A stretch of 64,000 bases of DNA from Candidatus Falkowbacteria bacterium. Its GTDB lineage: Bacteria > Patescibacteriota > Patescibacteriia > Patescibacteriales > WJLG01. The stretch spans positions 26,659-90,658 of the forward strand of contig CAVVFV010000012.1 of NCBI GenBank assembly GCA_963747695.1, read 5' to 3'. Positions 17,004 through 28,777 of this stretch are shown piece after piece (positions within the stretch are counted from its first letter, which is position 1; every line of letters begins with the position of its first letter). Under the pieces are notes generated by a model. The model was not told where the DNA came from, made no database searches, and saw nothing but the letters and a program-made list of their open reading frames with translations. Made by a program: the position numbers and the translations under genes.

Positions 17004-17408
17004 TTGTCATTCCCGCGCAGGCGGGAATCCAGTAACCTTGTCATTCCCGCGAAGGCGGGAATCCAGAAAATATGAAGGAGGGGAAAAGTTATTACGTTTA
17101 TATTTTAGCCGGCAATAGAAACGGCACGCTTTACACGGGCATTACCAATAGTTTGATTAGAAGAATTCAAGAACATAAAACAAAATACTTTAAAGGTTTT
17201 ACGGAAAAATATGGAGTTGATAAGTTAGTGTATTATGAAATTTATGGCAGTCCGAACGATGCGATTCATCGGGAGAAATGTATTAAAAAATGGAATAGAG
17301 ATTGGAAATTAAATTTAATAGAAAAGAATAATCCAACTTGGAAAGATTTATCAGTAGATTTATATTAACGTTTTTAATCTGGATTCCCGCCTTCGCGGGA
17401 ATGACGAA
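17004..17408. mobile_element. TIR-bounded mini-element carrying a GIY-YIG nuclease gene, inserted between atpF and atpH
   Basis: Two direct copies of TTGTCATTCCCGCG(C/A)AGGCGGGAATCCAG at 17004-17031 and 17038-17066; perfect inverted copy CTGGATTCCCGCCTTCGCGGGAATGACGAA at 17379-17408. Confidence 0.6.
17072..17368 (+). CDS. GIY-YIG nuclease family protein (YhbQ/UPF0213-like, 98 aa)
   Basis: SYYVYIL..GTLYTGITNSLIRRIQEH GIY-YIG core; low GC. Confidence 0.8.
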   Translation: MKEGKSYYVYILAGNRNGTLYTGITNSLIRRIQEHKTKYFKGFTEKYGVDKLVYYEIYGSPNDAIHREKCIKKWNRDWKLNLIEKNNPTWKDLSVDLY

Positions 17409-17413
17409 CTGTT

Positions 17414-17815
17414 ATGAAGATAACCGCTAAACAATATGCTACCGTCTTGCTGGAAAGTTTGGAAGGCAAGAACGAAAAACAAGCTGGTGTTACTATCAAG
17501 AAGTTCGCCGATGTTTTGCGTGCCAATAATCATTTGTCATTGCTCGGTGGCATCATCAGATTTTTCAATGAAGCTTGGGATAAGAAGAATAATACCGTGG
17601 AAGCGGAAATTGTGACGGCCAGAGCGATTAGTAAAGAAGCGATTGCTGAATTGGAAAAATTCATCAAAGCTCGTGCCGGTAGCGATAAGGTTGAAATGTC
17701 AGAAAAGATCGATCCCAGTTTGTTAGGCGGAGTAGTTTTAAGATATGGCAACAAATCACTGGATTTGAGTTTAAAAACGAAATTAGCGGATTTGAAGAGG
17801 CAGATTGTAAATTAA
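17414..17815 (+). CDS. atpH: F0F1 ATP synthase subunit delta (short OSCP form)
   Basis: 133 aa; C-terminal LLGGVVLRYGNKSLDLSLKTKL delta signature; operon position. Confidence 0.75.
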   Translation: MKITAKQYATVLLESLEGKNEKQAGVTIKKFADVLRANNHLSLLGGIIRFFNEAWDKKNNTVEAEIVTARAISKEAIAELEKFIKARAGSDKVEMSEKIDPSLLGGVVLRYGNKSLDLSLKTKLADLKRQIVN

Positions 17816-17850
17816 AAAAAGAGCGACTCAACCGGGGTGGTTAAGTCGCT
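17813..17850 (-). terminator. Rho-independent terminator for minus-strand gene 17864-18121
   Basis: Minus strand reads AGCGACTtaaccaccccggttgAGTCGCTctttttttaat. Confidence 0.65.
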
Positions 17851-17863
17851 AATGAGCTAGACT

Positions 17864-18121
17864 TTATTTCGCGGGGATTTCAGATATAGAGATGATGACG
17901 AAAATTATGAATGACATGAGAGTTATGATTGAAAATTTTTTCCGTTCAGCATCATTGCATATAATCGCTATGTAATTTAACGCAATAGTTGTTACTCCCG
18001 CGCTGAGGAGGGAGAGCATTATTATGCTGCGAGCATACTCGGGTTTGAAGTAACCAGCCATGGCTATTATGTAAACAGCAAGAGTGATTACTAAACCGGC
18101 AATGAAAGCTTTGCTGACCAT
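17864..18121 (-). CDS. Small hypothetical membrane protein (85 aa) on the opposite strand inside the atp operon
   Basis: Three hydrophobic helices; own terminator; AT-rich. Confidence 0.45.
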   Translation of the reverse strand: MVSKAFIAGLVITLAVYIIAMAGYFKPEYARSIIMLSLLSAGVTTIALNYIAIICNDAERKKFSIITLMSFIIFVIISISEIPAK

Positions 18122-18245
18122 GAATTTCTCCTAGGAAAAAGTTTATTGAAAAGGACGTTAGTTATTATCAAAATATCATATCATATTTTGTATATAATGT
18201 CAATAAGATTGAGATATAACCCAATAAAAAAGGCTTAAAATGTAT

Positions 18246-18320
18246 AATTAGTTCATTGGTCGATTAGTTAATTAGTTTTGTAGACTAAGTGACTAATCAA
18301 CTAATTAACTAATCAACTAA
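18246..18320. repeat. Repeat family E locus 1 (GATTAGTTAATTAGTT / AACTAATTAACTAATC inverted pair) with TATAAT boxes upstream of atpA
   Basis: Perfect 16-bp inverted arms; relatives at 44070-44190 and 37088-37121. Confidence 0.75.
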
Positions 18321-18326
18321 AAACAT

Positions 18327-19862
18327 ATGAGTAATACTAAAGATTTCATCATTGAAGAATTGAGAAAACGGATCGACGGTTTTAAATCCGAAGCCGGCGA
18401 AAAGACTTTCGGCCGCGTGATTTCCGTCGGCGACGGCATTGCCCGCGTATCCGGCTTAGGCGACGCGATGATGTCGGAAATGTTGGAATTCAAATCCGCT
18501 GCCGGTTCAAAGTTCGGCGTGGTTTTGAATCTTGAAGAGGACTCGGTCGGCGCGATTATTCTTGATGATACGGAAGGAATCAAGGAAGGGGATGAAGTCG
18601 TGGCTTTGAAGCGCATTTTGGAAGTTCCGGTTTCGGAAGCGATCATCGGCCGCGTTTTGAATCCGTTGGGTAAAGCTCTGGATGGCAAAGAAGAAATCAA
18701 AACAACTAAATTTTATCCGGTGGAAAAAGTCGCTCCGGGCGTTATCACCCGTGAATCCGTGAAAAAGCCGTTGCAGACCGGCATTAAAGCTATCGACGCG
18801 ATGATCCCGATCGGCCGCGGCCAGCGCGAACTAATCATTGGCGATCGTCAGATCGGTAAGACTGCTATCGCTATTGACACTATCATTAACCAGAAGGGCA
18901 AGAACGTTAAATGTATTTATGTTGCAATCGGTCAGAAGGAATCGAAGATCGCCGGCATCGTTGCCAAATTGAAAGAAGCAGGCGCGATGGAATATACCAC
19001 CGTTATTTTGGCGGGCGCTTCGGACCCAGCTTCTCTCTTATATATCGCTCCGTTTGCCGGTTCGGCTATGGCGGAATATTTCTTGGATAAAGGCGAGGAT
19101 GTTTTGATCGTTTATGATGACTTGACCAAGCACGCCGCGGCTTATCGCGAACTTTCTCTTTTGTTAAGAAGACCTCCGGGACGCGAGGCTTATCCGGGCG
19201 ACGTTTTTTATCTCCATTCTCGTTTATTGGAACGTGCTTGCAAATTGAACAAGGATTTTGGCGGCGGTTCCATTACCGCTTTGCCGGTTATTGAAACTCA
19301 GTCCGGCGACGTGTCCGCTTACATTCCGACCAATGTTATTTCCATTACCGACGGCCAGATTTATCTGGTTCCGGATTTATTTTATCAGGGCAATCGTCCG
19401 GCCGTGGATGCCGGTATTTCCGTTTCCCGTGTCGGTTCAGCCGCGCAGATCAAGGCGATGAAAAAAGTGGCCGGCAAGATGAGGTTGGAAGTGGCGCAAT
19501 ATCGCGAGCTGGCGGCTTTCGCCCAGTTCGGTTCGGATTTGGATGAAGATACAAAAAGAAAATTGGAACGCGGCAAGCGCATCGTGGAAATCTTGAAGCA
19601 AGGCCAGTATGTCCCGATGCCCGTGGAAGAGCAGGTGGCGATTTTCTTTGCCGTGACCAATGGCTTGATGGATAATGTGCCGGTGGAAAAGATCGTTGAA
19701 TTTGAACCGAAGATGGTTGAATATGTGAAGGCCCGCGGCGCAGATGTGTTGAAGGCGATCAAGACATCCGGTGAATTGACTGATGATACGAATGCAAAGT
19801 TGAAGAAGTTGATAGAGGATTTTAAGGACACATTAGAATATGTAGGGAAGTCGGGTATATAA
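18327..19862 (+). CDS. atpA: F0F1 ATP synthase subunit alpha
   Basis: P-loop [13 protein letters not shown] and alpha-specific motifs; 511 aa. Confidence 0.95.
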   Translation: MSNTKDFIIEELRKRIDGFKSEAGEKTFGRVISVGDGIARVSGLGDAMMSEMLEFKSAAGSKFGVVLNLEEDSVGAIILDDTEGIKEGDEVVALKRILEVPVSEAIIGRVLNPLGKALDGKEEIKTTKFYPVEKVAPGVITRESVKKPLQTGIKAIDAMIPIGRGQRELIIGDRQIGKTAIAIDTIINQKGKNVKCIYVAIGQKESKIAGIVAKLKEAGAMEYTTVILAGASDPASLLYIAPFAGSAMAEYFLDKGEDVLIVYDDLTKHAAAYRELSLLLRRPPGREAYPGDVFYLHSRLLERACKLNKDFGGGSITALPVIETQSGDVSAYIPTNVISITDGQIYLVPDLFYQGNRPAVDAGISVSRVGSAAQIKAMKKVAGKMRLEVAQYRELAAFAQFGSDLDEDTKRKLERGKRIVEILKQGQYVPMPVEEQVAIFFAVTNGLMDNVPVEKIVEFEPKMVEYVKARGADVLKAIKTSGELTDDTNAKLKKLIEDFKDTLEYVGKSGI

Positions 19863-19915
19863 TGCGAATACTACGAATTGTACGCGAATACAACGAACAT
19901 TTATTTACGAAAGTT
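19862..19915. repeat. Partial family C copy
   Basis: aatgcgaatactacgaattgtacgcgaatacaacgaac. Confidence 0.6.
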
Positions 19916-19924
19916 TTTTAAATT

Positions 19925-20070
19925 TTTGTCATCCTGAGCGCCGCGCGAAGGATCTATTGTCCGAGAAGCTTTCAATTTATAGATAAAAAATTTTGATTGA
20001 ATAAAGTCGGCGTTCCTTCAATATAGATCCTTCGTCAGGGACTCCCTGGCCGGGCAGGCAGGATGACAAA
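19925..20070. repeat. Repeat family K locus 2
   Basis: tttgtcatcctgagcgccgcgcgaaggatc ... gatccttcgtcagggactccctggccgggcaggcaggatgacaaa. Confidence 0.8.
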
Positions 20071-20142
20071 AGAAAGAAGAATGGCAAAATAAAAAAAACG
20101 ACCCGTTGGAGATGAGCCGTTTTATAAAGACTTTTTTGTGGT

Positions 20143-20532
20143 TTAATAATTAGTAGATATGAGATGATAAATGATGTCAATTGAAAAAAATGCTACGATT
20201 ATTGCACCGATACCCAGAATATCCGCAATTTTTTTCCTTATCGGATAACATGCATCGATATTAGCCTGAAGCTCTAAGAAAAAATATATAATTCCGTTAA
20301 AGAGAGAAGCTGCCATTATGGAAATCAACAACGTAATGATCCAAAAATGAACCTTCTCGTATATAATAAGGGAATTGGCTGTTGTGCACTCTTCTCTGTA
20401 GACATACGACGAATTAGTCAGTTGAAGAAGGACAAAAAAGAAAAGCATGGAGATGGTGGATAAAATAATAGAACTTATAATCATGATATCATCCCGATAA
20501 TACCCCCAATACCAACGAATATTTTTGGTCAT
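20143..20532 (-). CDS. Hypothetical membrane protein (129 aa), AT-rich, opposite strand between atpA and atpG
   Basis: Three predicted TM helices; low GC vs flanks. Confidence 0.4.
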   Translation of the reverse strand: MTKNIRWYWGYYRDDIMIISSIILSTISMLFFFVLLQLTNSSYVYREECTTANSLIIYEKVHFWIITLLISIMAASLFNGIIYFFLELQANIDACYPIRKKIADILGIGAIIVAFFSIDIIYHLISTNY

Positions 20533-20608
20533 AATATCCCTCCAATTAAAATTTTTTTAAAGATCAATCAGTTTCAATTAAAATAAATAATTACATATTT
20601 AATAAGAG

Positions 20609-21606
20609 ATGTCAAGTACTAAGGAAATACAACGCAGAATAAAATCCATCGGCAATACTAAGAAAATCACCAAGGCGATGGAAATGGTCTCGGCCGCCAA
20701 GATGAGGAAAACCATCGAGGCGGTATTGAAGACGCGGTCATACGCCAATTTAAGCTGGATGACAGTTTTAAATATCGCTTCTTCGGTGCACGCCGGAAAA
20801 TATCTGCATCCGCTTTTGGCGACTCGCAAGGAAATAAAGCGCGAGGCGATAGTTCTTATCACTTCCAATCGCGGTCTTTGCGGCAGTTTCAATTCGGCCG
20901 TGATCGCCAAAGCGGTCAATTCGATCAAGAAACATCATGTTGAAGAAATAAAACTGACCGAGAGCGTAAGTGCTAAAGTTGATCGAGGAGTTGATTTTAT
21001 CTTGTTGGGCAAAAAAGGCATTTCGGTAAAATCCCGCTACAATTATAATATTGCCGCCGAATTCATCAAAGAAGACGTGGCCTATCAAGCTAAAGAAGTT
21101 GTGCCGGTCGCCAAGATGATCATCAATGATTTTCTTTCCGGAAAATATGATAAGGTGATGGTGGCTTATACCGATTTTGTCAGCCCGTCCAAGCAGATTC
21201 CCCGCGTCAAGCAGATCTTGCCGATCGATTTGGCAGCCAAGGATCATCATTTGGGAATCGTCGGTCAGGATCCGAAGATCGGCGCCGACGCTGAATTTAT
21301 CAAAGCCAAAGAAGAAAAATATTTGCACGATGAAAAGCACGAATCCTATGTTTTTACCTATGAACCGTCGGCCGAAGAAGTTTTGAATGAAATTTTGCCG
21401 AGATTGTTGGAAGTTCAGTTGTTCCAGGCTTTGTTGGAATCCAACGCCTCCGAGCATTCCGCCCGCATGGCCGCGATGCATAAAGCCACCGATGCCGCCA
21501 AAGATCTGGTCGCCGAGCTTACCTTATATTATAACAAGGCTAGGCAGGCGGCGATTACGAGAGAAATTTCAGAAATTAGTGCGGGCGTATCGGCCATGAA
21601 CAGTTA

Positions 21607-21607
<1 letters not shown>
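20609..21607 (+). CDS. atpG: F0F1 ATP synthase subunit gamma (long form, 332 aa)
   Basis: N-terminal KEIQRRIKSIGNTKKITKAMEMVSAAKMRK and C-terminal helix signature. Confidence 0.9.
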
Positions 21608-23416
<1,809 letters not shown>

Positions 23417-23518
23417 CCAATAAGAAATATCCAATAACCAAAAAATATTTAAATATTAAAATATTATAATATTTTTTTAAATATTGGTTATTAATTATTT
23501 GATATTATCAGATTTAGT

Positions 23519-23947
23519 ATGGATAAAGTTATAAAATTCGAAATAGTTACTCCCGAACGAACCGTCTTAAAAGAAGATGTGGTTGAGGTTACCATTCCGA
23601 CCTTGGAAGGGGAGGTGACGATCTTGCCGCATCACGCGCCGCTGGTCGCCACGCTCAAGGCGGGGGTTTTGGTTTTGAAGAAAGCGGATGGTAATGTCGA
23701 TGTCGCTTTTGTCGCCGGCGGATTTTTGGAAGTGCTCCGCAATAAAGTCGTGGTCTTGGCCGACACGGCCGAACGCGCCGAAGAAATTGATCTGGCCAAA
23801 GTCGAAGAAGCCAAAGCCAGAGCGGAAAAAGATATGAAGGAAGTCCGCCACGAGGATGCCGAAGAGTTCGCCCGGATCGCCGCCCAGCTGGAACATGAAC
23901 TCGCCAAAACCAGAGCGGTTAACCGCTGGCGCAACAGATCAAAATGA
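23519..23947 (+). CDS. atpC: F0F1 ATP synthase subunit epsilon
   Basis: Beta-sandwich N-terminus IVTPERTVLKEDVVEVTIPTLEGEVTILPHHAPLVATLK plus helical C-terminus. Confidence 0.85.
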   Translation: MDKVIKFEIVTPERTVLKEDVVEVTIPTLEGEVTILPHHAPLVATLKAGVLVLKKADGNVDVAFVAGGFLEVLRNKVVVLADTAERAEEIDLAKVEEAKARAEKDMKEVRHEDAEEFARIAAQLEHELAKTRAVNRWRNRSK

Positions 23948-24287
23948 ATGGTATCAAGCGCAGGGCAAGCCCTACGCCCATCTTTTTCAAAAGGTATCCC
24001 AGCCGCAAGCGGACGGGGTATTTTTTAATCGCTCGCTCGGAAATAATCGCAGCTTAGGCGCGGGATTATTTCGCTCGCTTCGCTTGAAAATAAACTAATT
24101 TTACATAAAAATAAGGCTCGAACGGCCTTGTTTTTTTGTTGGGCATTTCCTTAAGAATCGGGCAAAGCTTTTGGCGGCTGGAAATTGTTGACAAAAAATT
24201 GAATATATGCTATCTTAGTGAGTTAATTTATGTAGCCATTAAAAGCTTCAGTCTTTTCTAACAAGGAGGCTGACCGAAAATTACATT

Positions 24288-25112
24288 ATGAATATCCATC
24301 AATTTATAAGTTTGATCGGCAAAAAAAAGCAGACCATCGCGTCGATGCTGATTATTTTTTTAGCCGTGGCGGTAATTTTTTCCGCCGTGCAGCCGTTCAA
24401 ATATGACTCCAACATCCAGTTACTGACTATCATCAGTTTCAAGCAGGATGTTGATCCATATACGGCTTCCCGCTCCAATGAATATCTGAGCGGCTTGTTG
24501 GCGAACATCGTTTCTTCCGGATCTTTTTTCCAGCAGATCGAATCGTCCGGGTTTAACATTGATAAAAATTATTTTGCCGGCAGCGCCAAGCAACAGATGA
24601 AAAAATGGGACAAGACCGTCAAGGCGAAAAGCATCGCCGACACCGGTATAATTTCCATCGATGTTTATCACACTGATCGGGCGCAAGCCGAAGAGATCGC
24701 CAAAGCGGTCGCTTACACTTTGCAGACCACCAATTCGCAATACCACGGTTTCGGCGATGGCGTGCAGATCAAGATCATCGATCAGCCGATCACTTCTAAT
24801 TATCCGGTTCAGCCGAATTTACTTTTGAATTTGGGTTTGGCCGTGGCTTTCGCCTTGATCTTTTCCCTCTGCTATATTTATTTGTTCCCGGAAGAAAGAT
24901 ATGATTTGCGCCTGTGGCCGAAAAAAGCTAAGAATCAGGAATTTTCTTTTGCCGAGGAGCCGGCGGATGAAACTGCCAATGTTTTCTCTCCGGTAGTTGC
25001 TCAAGATGCGGAAACCGATTCTCCGCAAGATCAAGAACAAGATTTGACCAATGGCTACAATCCGGCTGATTATCAAGCTAACGGCAATATGAATAATATT
25101 TTGAAGAGATAA
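24288..25112 (+). CDS. Wzz/YveK-like chain-length determinant (polysaccharide co-polymerase) protein
   Basis: N- and C-terminal TM helices flanking a soluble domain; acidic tail. Confidence 0.45.
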   Translation: MNIHQFISLIGKKKQTIASMLIIFLAVAVIFSAVQPFKYDSNIQLLTIISFKQDVDPYTASRSNEYLSGLLANIVSSGSFFQQIESSGFNIDKNYFAGSAKQQMKKWDKTVKAKSIADTGIISIDVYHTDRAQAEEIAKAVAYTLQTTNSQYHGFGDGVQIKIIDQPITSNYPVQPNLLLNLGLAVAFALIFSLCYIYLFPEERYDLRLWPKKAKNQEFSFAEEPADETANVFSPVVAQDAETDSPQDQEQDLTNGYNPADYQANGNMNNILKR

Positions 25113-25114
25113 TT

Positions 25115-25176
25115 TCGTAGGAACGCAATATTTTGCGTTCCCGTTCGCCAGAACGCAAAATATTGCGCTCCTACGA
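25115..25176. repeat. Repeat family A locus 2 (inverted pair)
   Basis: tcgtaggaacgcaatattttgcgttc ... gaacgcaaaatattgcgctcctacga. Confidence 0.8.
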
Positions 25177-25314
25177 TGAAAATATATTTTGGGTTGTCTA
25201 ATCCGGGAGGTTGATCTCTAAAGCTCCCGGCATAGAGAATCTAATTTAATTGGATTCTTAATTAGGAAAGAACATTCACAATCAGATGCTCTAACGAGCA
25301 GAGAGGAGAAAACC

Positions 25315-27093
25315 ATGGGAAAGCAAAGCTTTTCCGCAATGCTGTTTTTGGTAGCCGTGTTTACGGTTGCCAGCGGCCAATGTGTCGACCCGTCTTATCA
25401 GCCGGGGCAGATAATCGTAATGGTACACAATACGACGATCTGCGACGAAGCCGTGAAGTGCGGCTTGGATTGTTCGGTGTTGGCCAAGTGTTTGGAAATG
25501 TTCCAGAACAAAAAAATTTCCGACCCGAACGCGTATGACACTTTGACTTTTTATGTACCCAAGCCTTATGAAGTAAAAGCCGCTGAAAAGGAATTGGGAA
25601 TAGGAACGGAGAAGACGATCGCAGTCGCGGTTGCACTCAAGAAGAAGTCGAAGCCGATTTCACATTTGTGGACGAAGAAATTCGCCGCCGCCAAGTACCA
25701 GGAAAAGTATTTGATGGAAAGGTACACGCTGCGGCCGGGAGAAAACATTTTTTCCGTCGGGCAAAGGTATCAGAAGAACCCGCAGGTGCTTGTTTGGTTC
25801 AATGGATTGAAAAATCCGGAGAGCCTGCACGCCGGCCAGACTATTAATATTCCCGATACGAGTAAAACGTATTGGATTAATCTGAGGGCCGCGCCTTTGG
25901 GTTCGTCGCTGATTCTCGATGCGCTAGCGGAATGCGATTTTCCTGATCCGGTGAAGGACACGATGGTGACCTTGATTCAAGCCGGAGTCAAAGAAGACGG
26001 ATGTATCGAGGATGGGCAGGAGCTTCAGACGATGGCTTCGGCGCCGCTCAATAAAAACGGTAAGCATCGGCTTAATACCGAGCGCCATGTCGTCGCGGTG
26101 TTCAATAACGGAGAGTGTTATCACTCGGAATTATACAAGGTTAGAGTTGGCGACCAGATTTTTGTCGGCGCCGACCCTGATGTCTGTGATAATTTCAGCA
26201 CCTGGACCGAATCGGTTCCGAAAATTCCGGATACGGTCCAAACCCCGCCTCCGCCGACCACTCCGCCTGTTTTGACGGAAAATCCGCCAGAGACTCCGCC
26301 GGTCGATACCGGTTGGGGCGCTCCGCCTGATACGTCCACCGCTTCGCCGGCAACGGAAGCCGCGGGAAGTCCGTTAATCAACAACCAGGAACTATTCGCC
26401 TGGGTCGGACATGCTTTCCCGCCGTACTTCGTTGACGGAGAAACCTATTATGGAGGAAGGTTCAATTACTTTTTCCGCGGAGTCTTCGGATTCAATCTGG
26501 AGGCTAACGGCTGGGACGGTTACGGTCCTCAGGTTTCCTGGTATCGCTATTTCGGATTCTGTCCCGCCATCGGGCCAAGTCTGCAGTGGGCGAACAATCG
26601 GATCAAGCTCACTCTGTTCGCGGACGTCGCCTGGCAGTATGATTACGGCTATAACAACAACTTCTACACCTCCAAGCAGTATTCCTGGTTTGTCTATCCC
26701 GGATTCACCTACCTGTTCGTGACCGGTAACGGCCATTGGCTGGAAGGTTATCTGGATTACAAGCAGGATGTCAGCCACCGGAGGGACGCTGAAGTCAGCG
26801 GCGCAGCGGTTGTCAATGCGCCGGTCGATAAGTCTTGCACTATTTTCGGAACCAGATGGTTTTTTATCTCTTTTCCGACCAAGACTCCGCTCGACGCCGG
26901 CCTGACCGCCAAAGCGATGTACCTCAACGAGGATCATCGAGTTGAAATGACAATCGGTCCGACGCTTTCGATCAACTATCATTTGAAGTTCGGGCTCGAG
27001 TACAAGCGCACGATCAATTCCAGCGATCCTTACAATAACGGGACTGTTTACGGCGCCTCGCTGGACGTCGATCTCTGGAACATTTTCCGTTGA
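25315..27093 (+). CDS. Secreted LysM-domain protein with Pro/Thr-rich linker and aromatic-rich beta C-terminal domain
   Basis: Signal peptide; LysM YTLRPGENIFSVGQRYQKNPQVLVWFNGLKNPESLHAGQTINIP; linker PPPPTTPPVLTENPPETPPVDT; C-terminus alternating aromatic strands. Confidence 0.55.
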   Translation: MGKQSFSAMLFLVAVFTVASGQCVDPSYQPGQIIVMVHNTTICDEAVKCGLDCSVLAKCLEMFQNKKISDPNAYDTLTFYVPKPYEVKAAEKELGIGTEKTIAVAVALKKKSKPISHLWTKKFAAAKYQEKYLMERYTLRPGENIFSVGQRYQKNPQVLVWFNGLKNPESLHAGQTINIPDTSKTYWINLRAAPLGSSLILDALAECDFPDPVKDTMVTLIQAGVKEDGCIEDGQELQTMASAPLNKNGKHRLNTERHVVAVFNNGECYHSELYKVRVGDQIFVGADPDVCDNFSTWTESVPKIPDTVQTPPPPTTPPVLTENPPETPPVDTGWGAPPDTSTASPATEAAGSPLINNQELFAWVGHAFPPYFVDGETYYGGRFNYFFRGVFGFNLEANGWDGYGPQVSWYRYFGFCPAIGPSLQWANNRIKLTLFADVAWQYDYGYNNNFYTSKQYSWFVYPGFTYLFVTGNGHWLEGYLDYKQDVSHRRDAEVSGAAVVNAPVDKSCTIFGTRWFFISFPTKTPLDAGLTAKAMYLNEDHRVEMTIGPTLSINYHLKFGLEYKRTINSSDPYNNGTVYGASLDVDLWNIFR

Positions 27094-27130
27094 TGATTTC
27101 AACCACCAACCTCAATAGAAAGGGGGAGTT

Positions 27131-27574
27131 ATGAAACTCTCCATCAAGTCAGGTGTTGTCGGTCTCATTCTGACCGCGATCGTCGCCTCTGCCTCCGCTT
27201 TCACTTCGCCCAACGGGGAACCTATGGGCGTTCTGTCGGACGGGACCTATTGGCTCGCCAAGAATCTCGTGGATCCGCTCGAAGGCAGCACGCCAAAACT
27301 CAAGTCCCTCGCGGATAACTGGGGTTTGCGCAAGATGACTCTTGACAATACCGGTAAGTATTACACCGTCAAGGGCAAACCGTGCAAAGCTGGCTTCACG
27401 ATGGATTACTGTTTTGACATCGGAGGGGATCATTTCATCCCTCACGCTCTGGTGCAGATCAGTGATCAGTCGCTGCTCGACAAGATCGGCGCGAATGAGA
27501 TCGTGCCCAATGGGAATGTGCAATTTCCCGGGTTCAATTTCCGAACAATCGTGGTAGCCGGAACGGGCAATTAG
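27131..27574 (+). CDS. Secreted hypothetical protein with conserved YCFDIGG..PH motif domain
   Basis: Signal peptide AIVASASA; motif YCFDIGGDHFIPHAL shared with 27742 paralog. Confidence 0.45.
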   Translation: MKLSIKSGVVGLILTAIVASASAFTSPNGEPMGVLSDGTYWLAKNLVDPLEGSTPKLKSLADNWGLRKMTLDNTGKYYTVKGKPCKAGFTMDYCFDIGGDHFIPHALVQISDQSLLDKIGANEIVPNGNVQFPGFNFRTIVVAGTGN

Positions 27575-27741
27575 AGCAAGCAAGTACGCAAGAGGAGGAG
27601 TGTTACAATAGCTTAGGCTGTTGTAACACTCCTCCAAATTCTTTATAATGAATAAGATTAAGCCTGGATCAAGATCTTGGTTTAAAGATTGTTCGTTATT
27701 TTTTAATCAATAAACAGTAAAACAATAAAACGGGAGGTATC

Positions 27742-28533
27742 ATGAAATCGATTTGGTTGATTGGTGTTTTTTTGTTGGCGGCGAATTTGTTCGCCAAAGA
27801 AAGCGGCAAGATCAATCTCGTTGAGCTTGACGTGGGCTATTTGATGAGTACCGCGGATTCGACCATCAGTTTCCGCTTTGCCGATGACCGTACTTGTACG
27901 ATCAGCACCAATTTTTTAAGGCAAGAGCTGAAAAAATCGACCAAGGTAGTCAAATTCAATGTCGATCGCGGTATTAAGTTCGTCGGATTCGATACGATAT
28001 CAGTCAAGCCGGCCGGTTGTGATCGGGCAAAAGTCGATTCAGTAGCCTGGGAAAGAGCCTGGGAAAAATCCGAAGCAGCGGCGCCGGATCGGGTTGTTCA
28101 ATGTTTTTCTCCCGAGCCTGATTATGCCTGGTTCACAGCTCCTTCGCCGGTGGCTGATTCTGCCGCGCCCGTGGCTGACACTGCTCTGCCATTGCACGGC
28201 GTTACCTTGAGCGGTATTTATTTCGTGGCGGTCGCTCTGGTGATGGCGGTCGATGGAAGCGCTCCGGCGGTTAAGTTCGAAACGAAGTGGGACCGGCATC
28301 CGATGACCAAGACAGGAGATTATTACGTCTTCAAGACTGGTCGACGGTTTATTCTACCGATGGCAAGCTATTGCTTCGATATCGGCGGCGGCGAATATCT
28401 GCCTCATGTTTTGAAAAAGGGCCGAGGCGGGGCCTACATTACTGCGGTCGATTCGCTGGCGATTATCGGAAACGGCGGACAAAACGGCTACAATTTCTAT
28501 ACCAAACCGATCAAAACCGATCGGTTCAAGTAG
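27742..28533 (+). CDS. Secreted hypothetical protein, paralog of 27131 (C-terminal YCFDIGG..PH domain)
   Basis: Signal peptide; TGDYYVFKTGRRFILPMASYCFDIGGGEYLPHVL aligns with TGKYYTVKGKPCKAGFTMDYCFDIGGDHFIPHAL. Confidence 0.45.
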   Translation: MKSIWLIGVFLLAANLFAKESGKINLVELDVGYLMSTADSTISFRFADDRTCTISTNFLRQELKKSTKVVKFNVDRGIKFVGFDTISVKPAGCDRAKVDSVAWERAWEKSEAAAPDRVVQCFSPEPDYAWFTAPSPVADSAAPVADTALPLHGVTLSGIYFVAVALVMAVDGSAPAVKFETKWDRHPMTKTGDYYVFKTGRRFILPMASYCFDIGGGEYLPHVLKKGRGGAYITAVDSLAIIGNGGQNGYNFYTKPIKTDRFK

Positions 28534-28554
28534 CCGGGATCTTCCGCAAAAAAC

Positions 28555-28595
28555 AAAGAGTCTTTTAACCTTACGGTTTCAAGACTCTTTTAATT
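28555..28595 (+). terminator. Rho-independent terminator
   Basis: AAAGAGTCTTttaaccttacggtttcAAGACTCTTTtaattt. Confidence 0.7.
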
Positions 28596-28598
28596 TGA

Positions 28599-28665
28599 GG
28601 TAGGAACGCAATACCTTGCGTTCTGATTCACGGCATTTATCGTAGGAACGCAATACCTTGCGTTC
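28599..28665. repeat. Repeat family A locus 3 (two direct units)
   Basis: ggtaggaacgcaataccttgcgttc ... cgtaggaacgcaataccttgcgttc. Confidence 0.8.
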
Positions 28666-28695
28666 TATCTTTGCAAGAATAATTCGAGAGTTAAT

Positions 28696-28724
28696 TTGAC
28701 AAATATCATTATTTTTGCTATAAT
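28696..28724 (+). promoter_or_regulatory. Consensus sigma70-like promoter (TTGACA-17-TATAAT) upstream of radical SAM gene
   Basis: ttgaca aatatcattatttttgc tataat. Confidence 0.6.
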
Positions 28725-28777
28725 TTTTAACGACTCAATTCAGATTAAAAATTGCTTTAAAGAATAATTTTTAAACA

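Noticed and set aside
28599-28665. Direct repeat of two 24-bp units (family A) that could be mistaken for a CRISPR array
   Set aside because: Only two units and a 17-bp spacer; no cas genes. Elsewhere the same unit occurs as inverted pairs, so it is a REP/MITE-like element.
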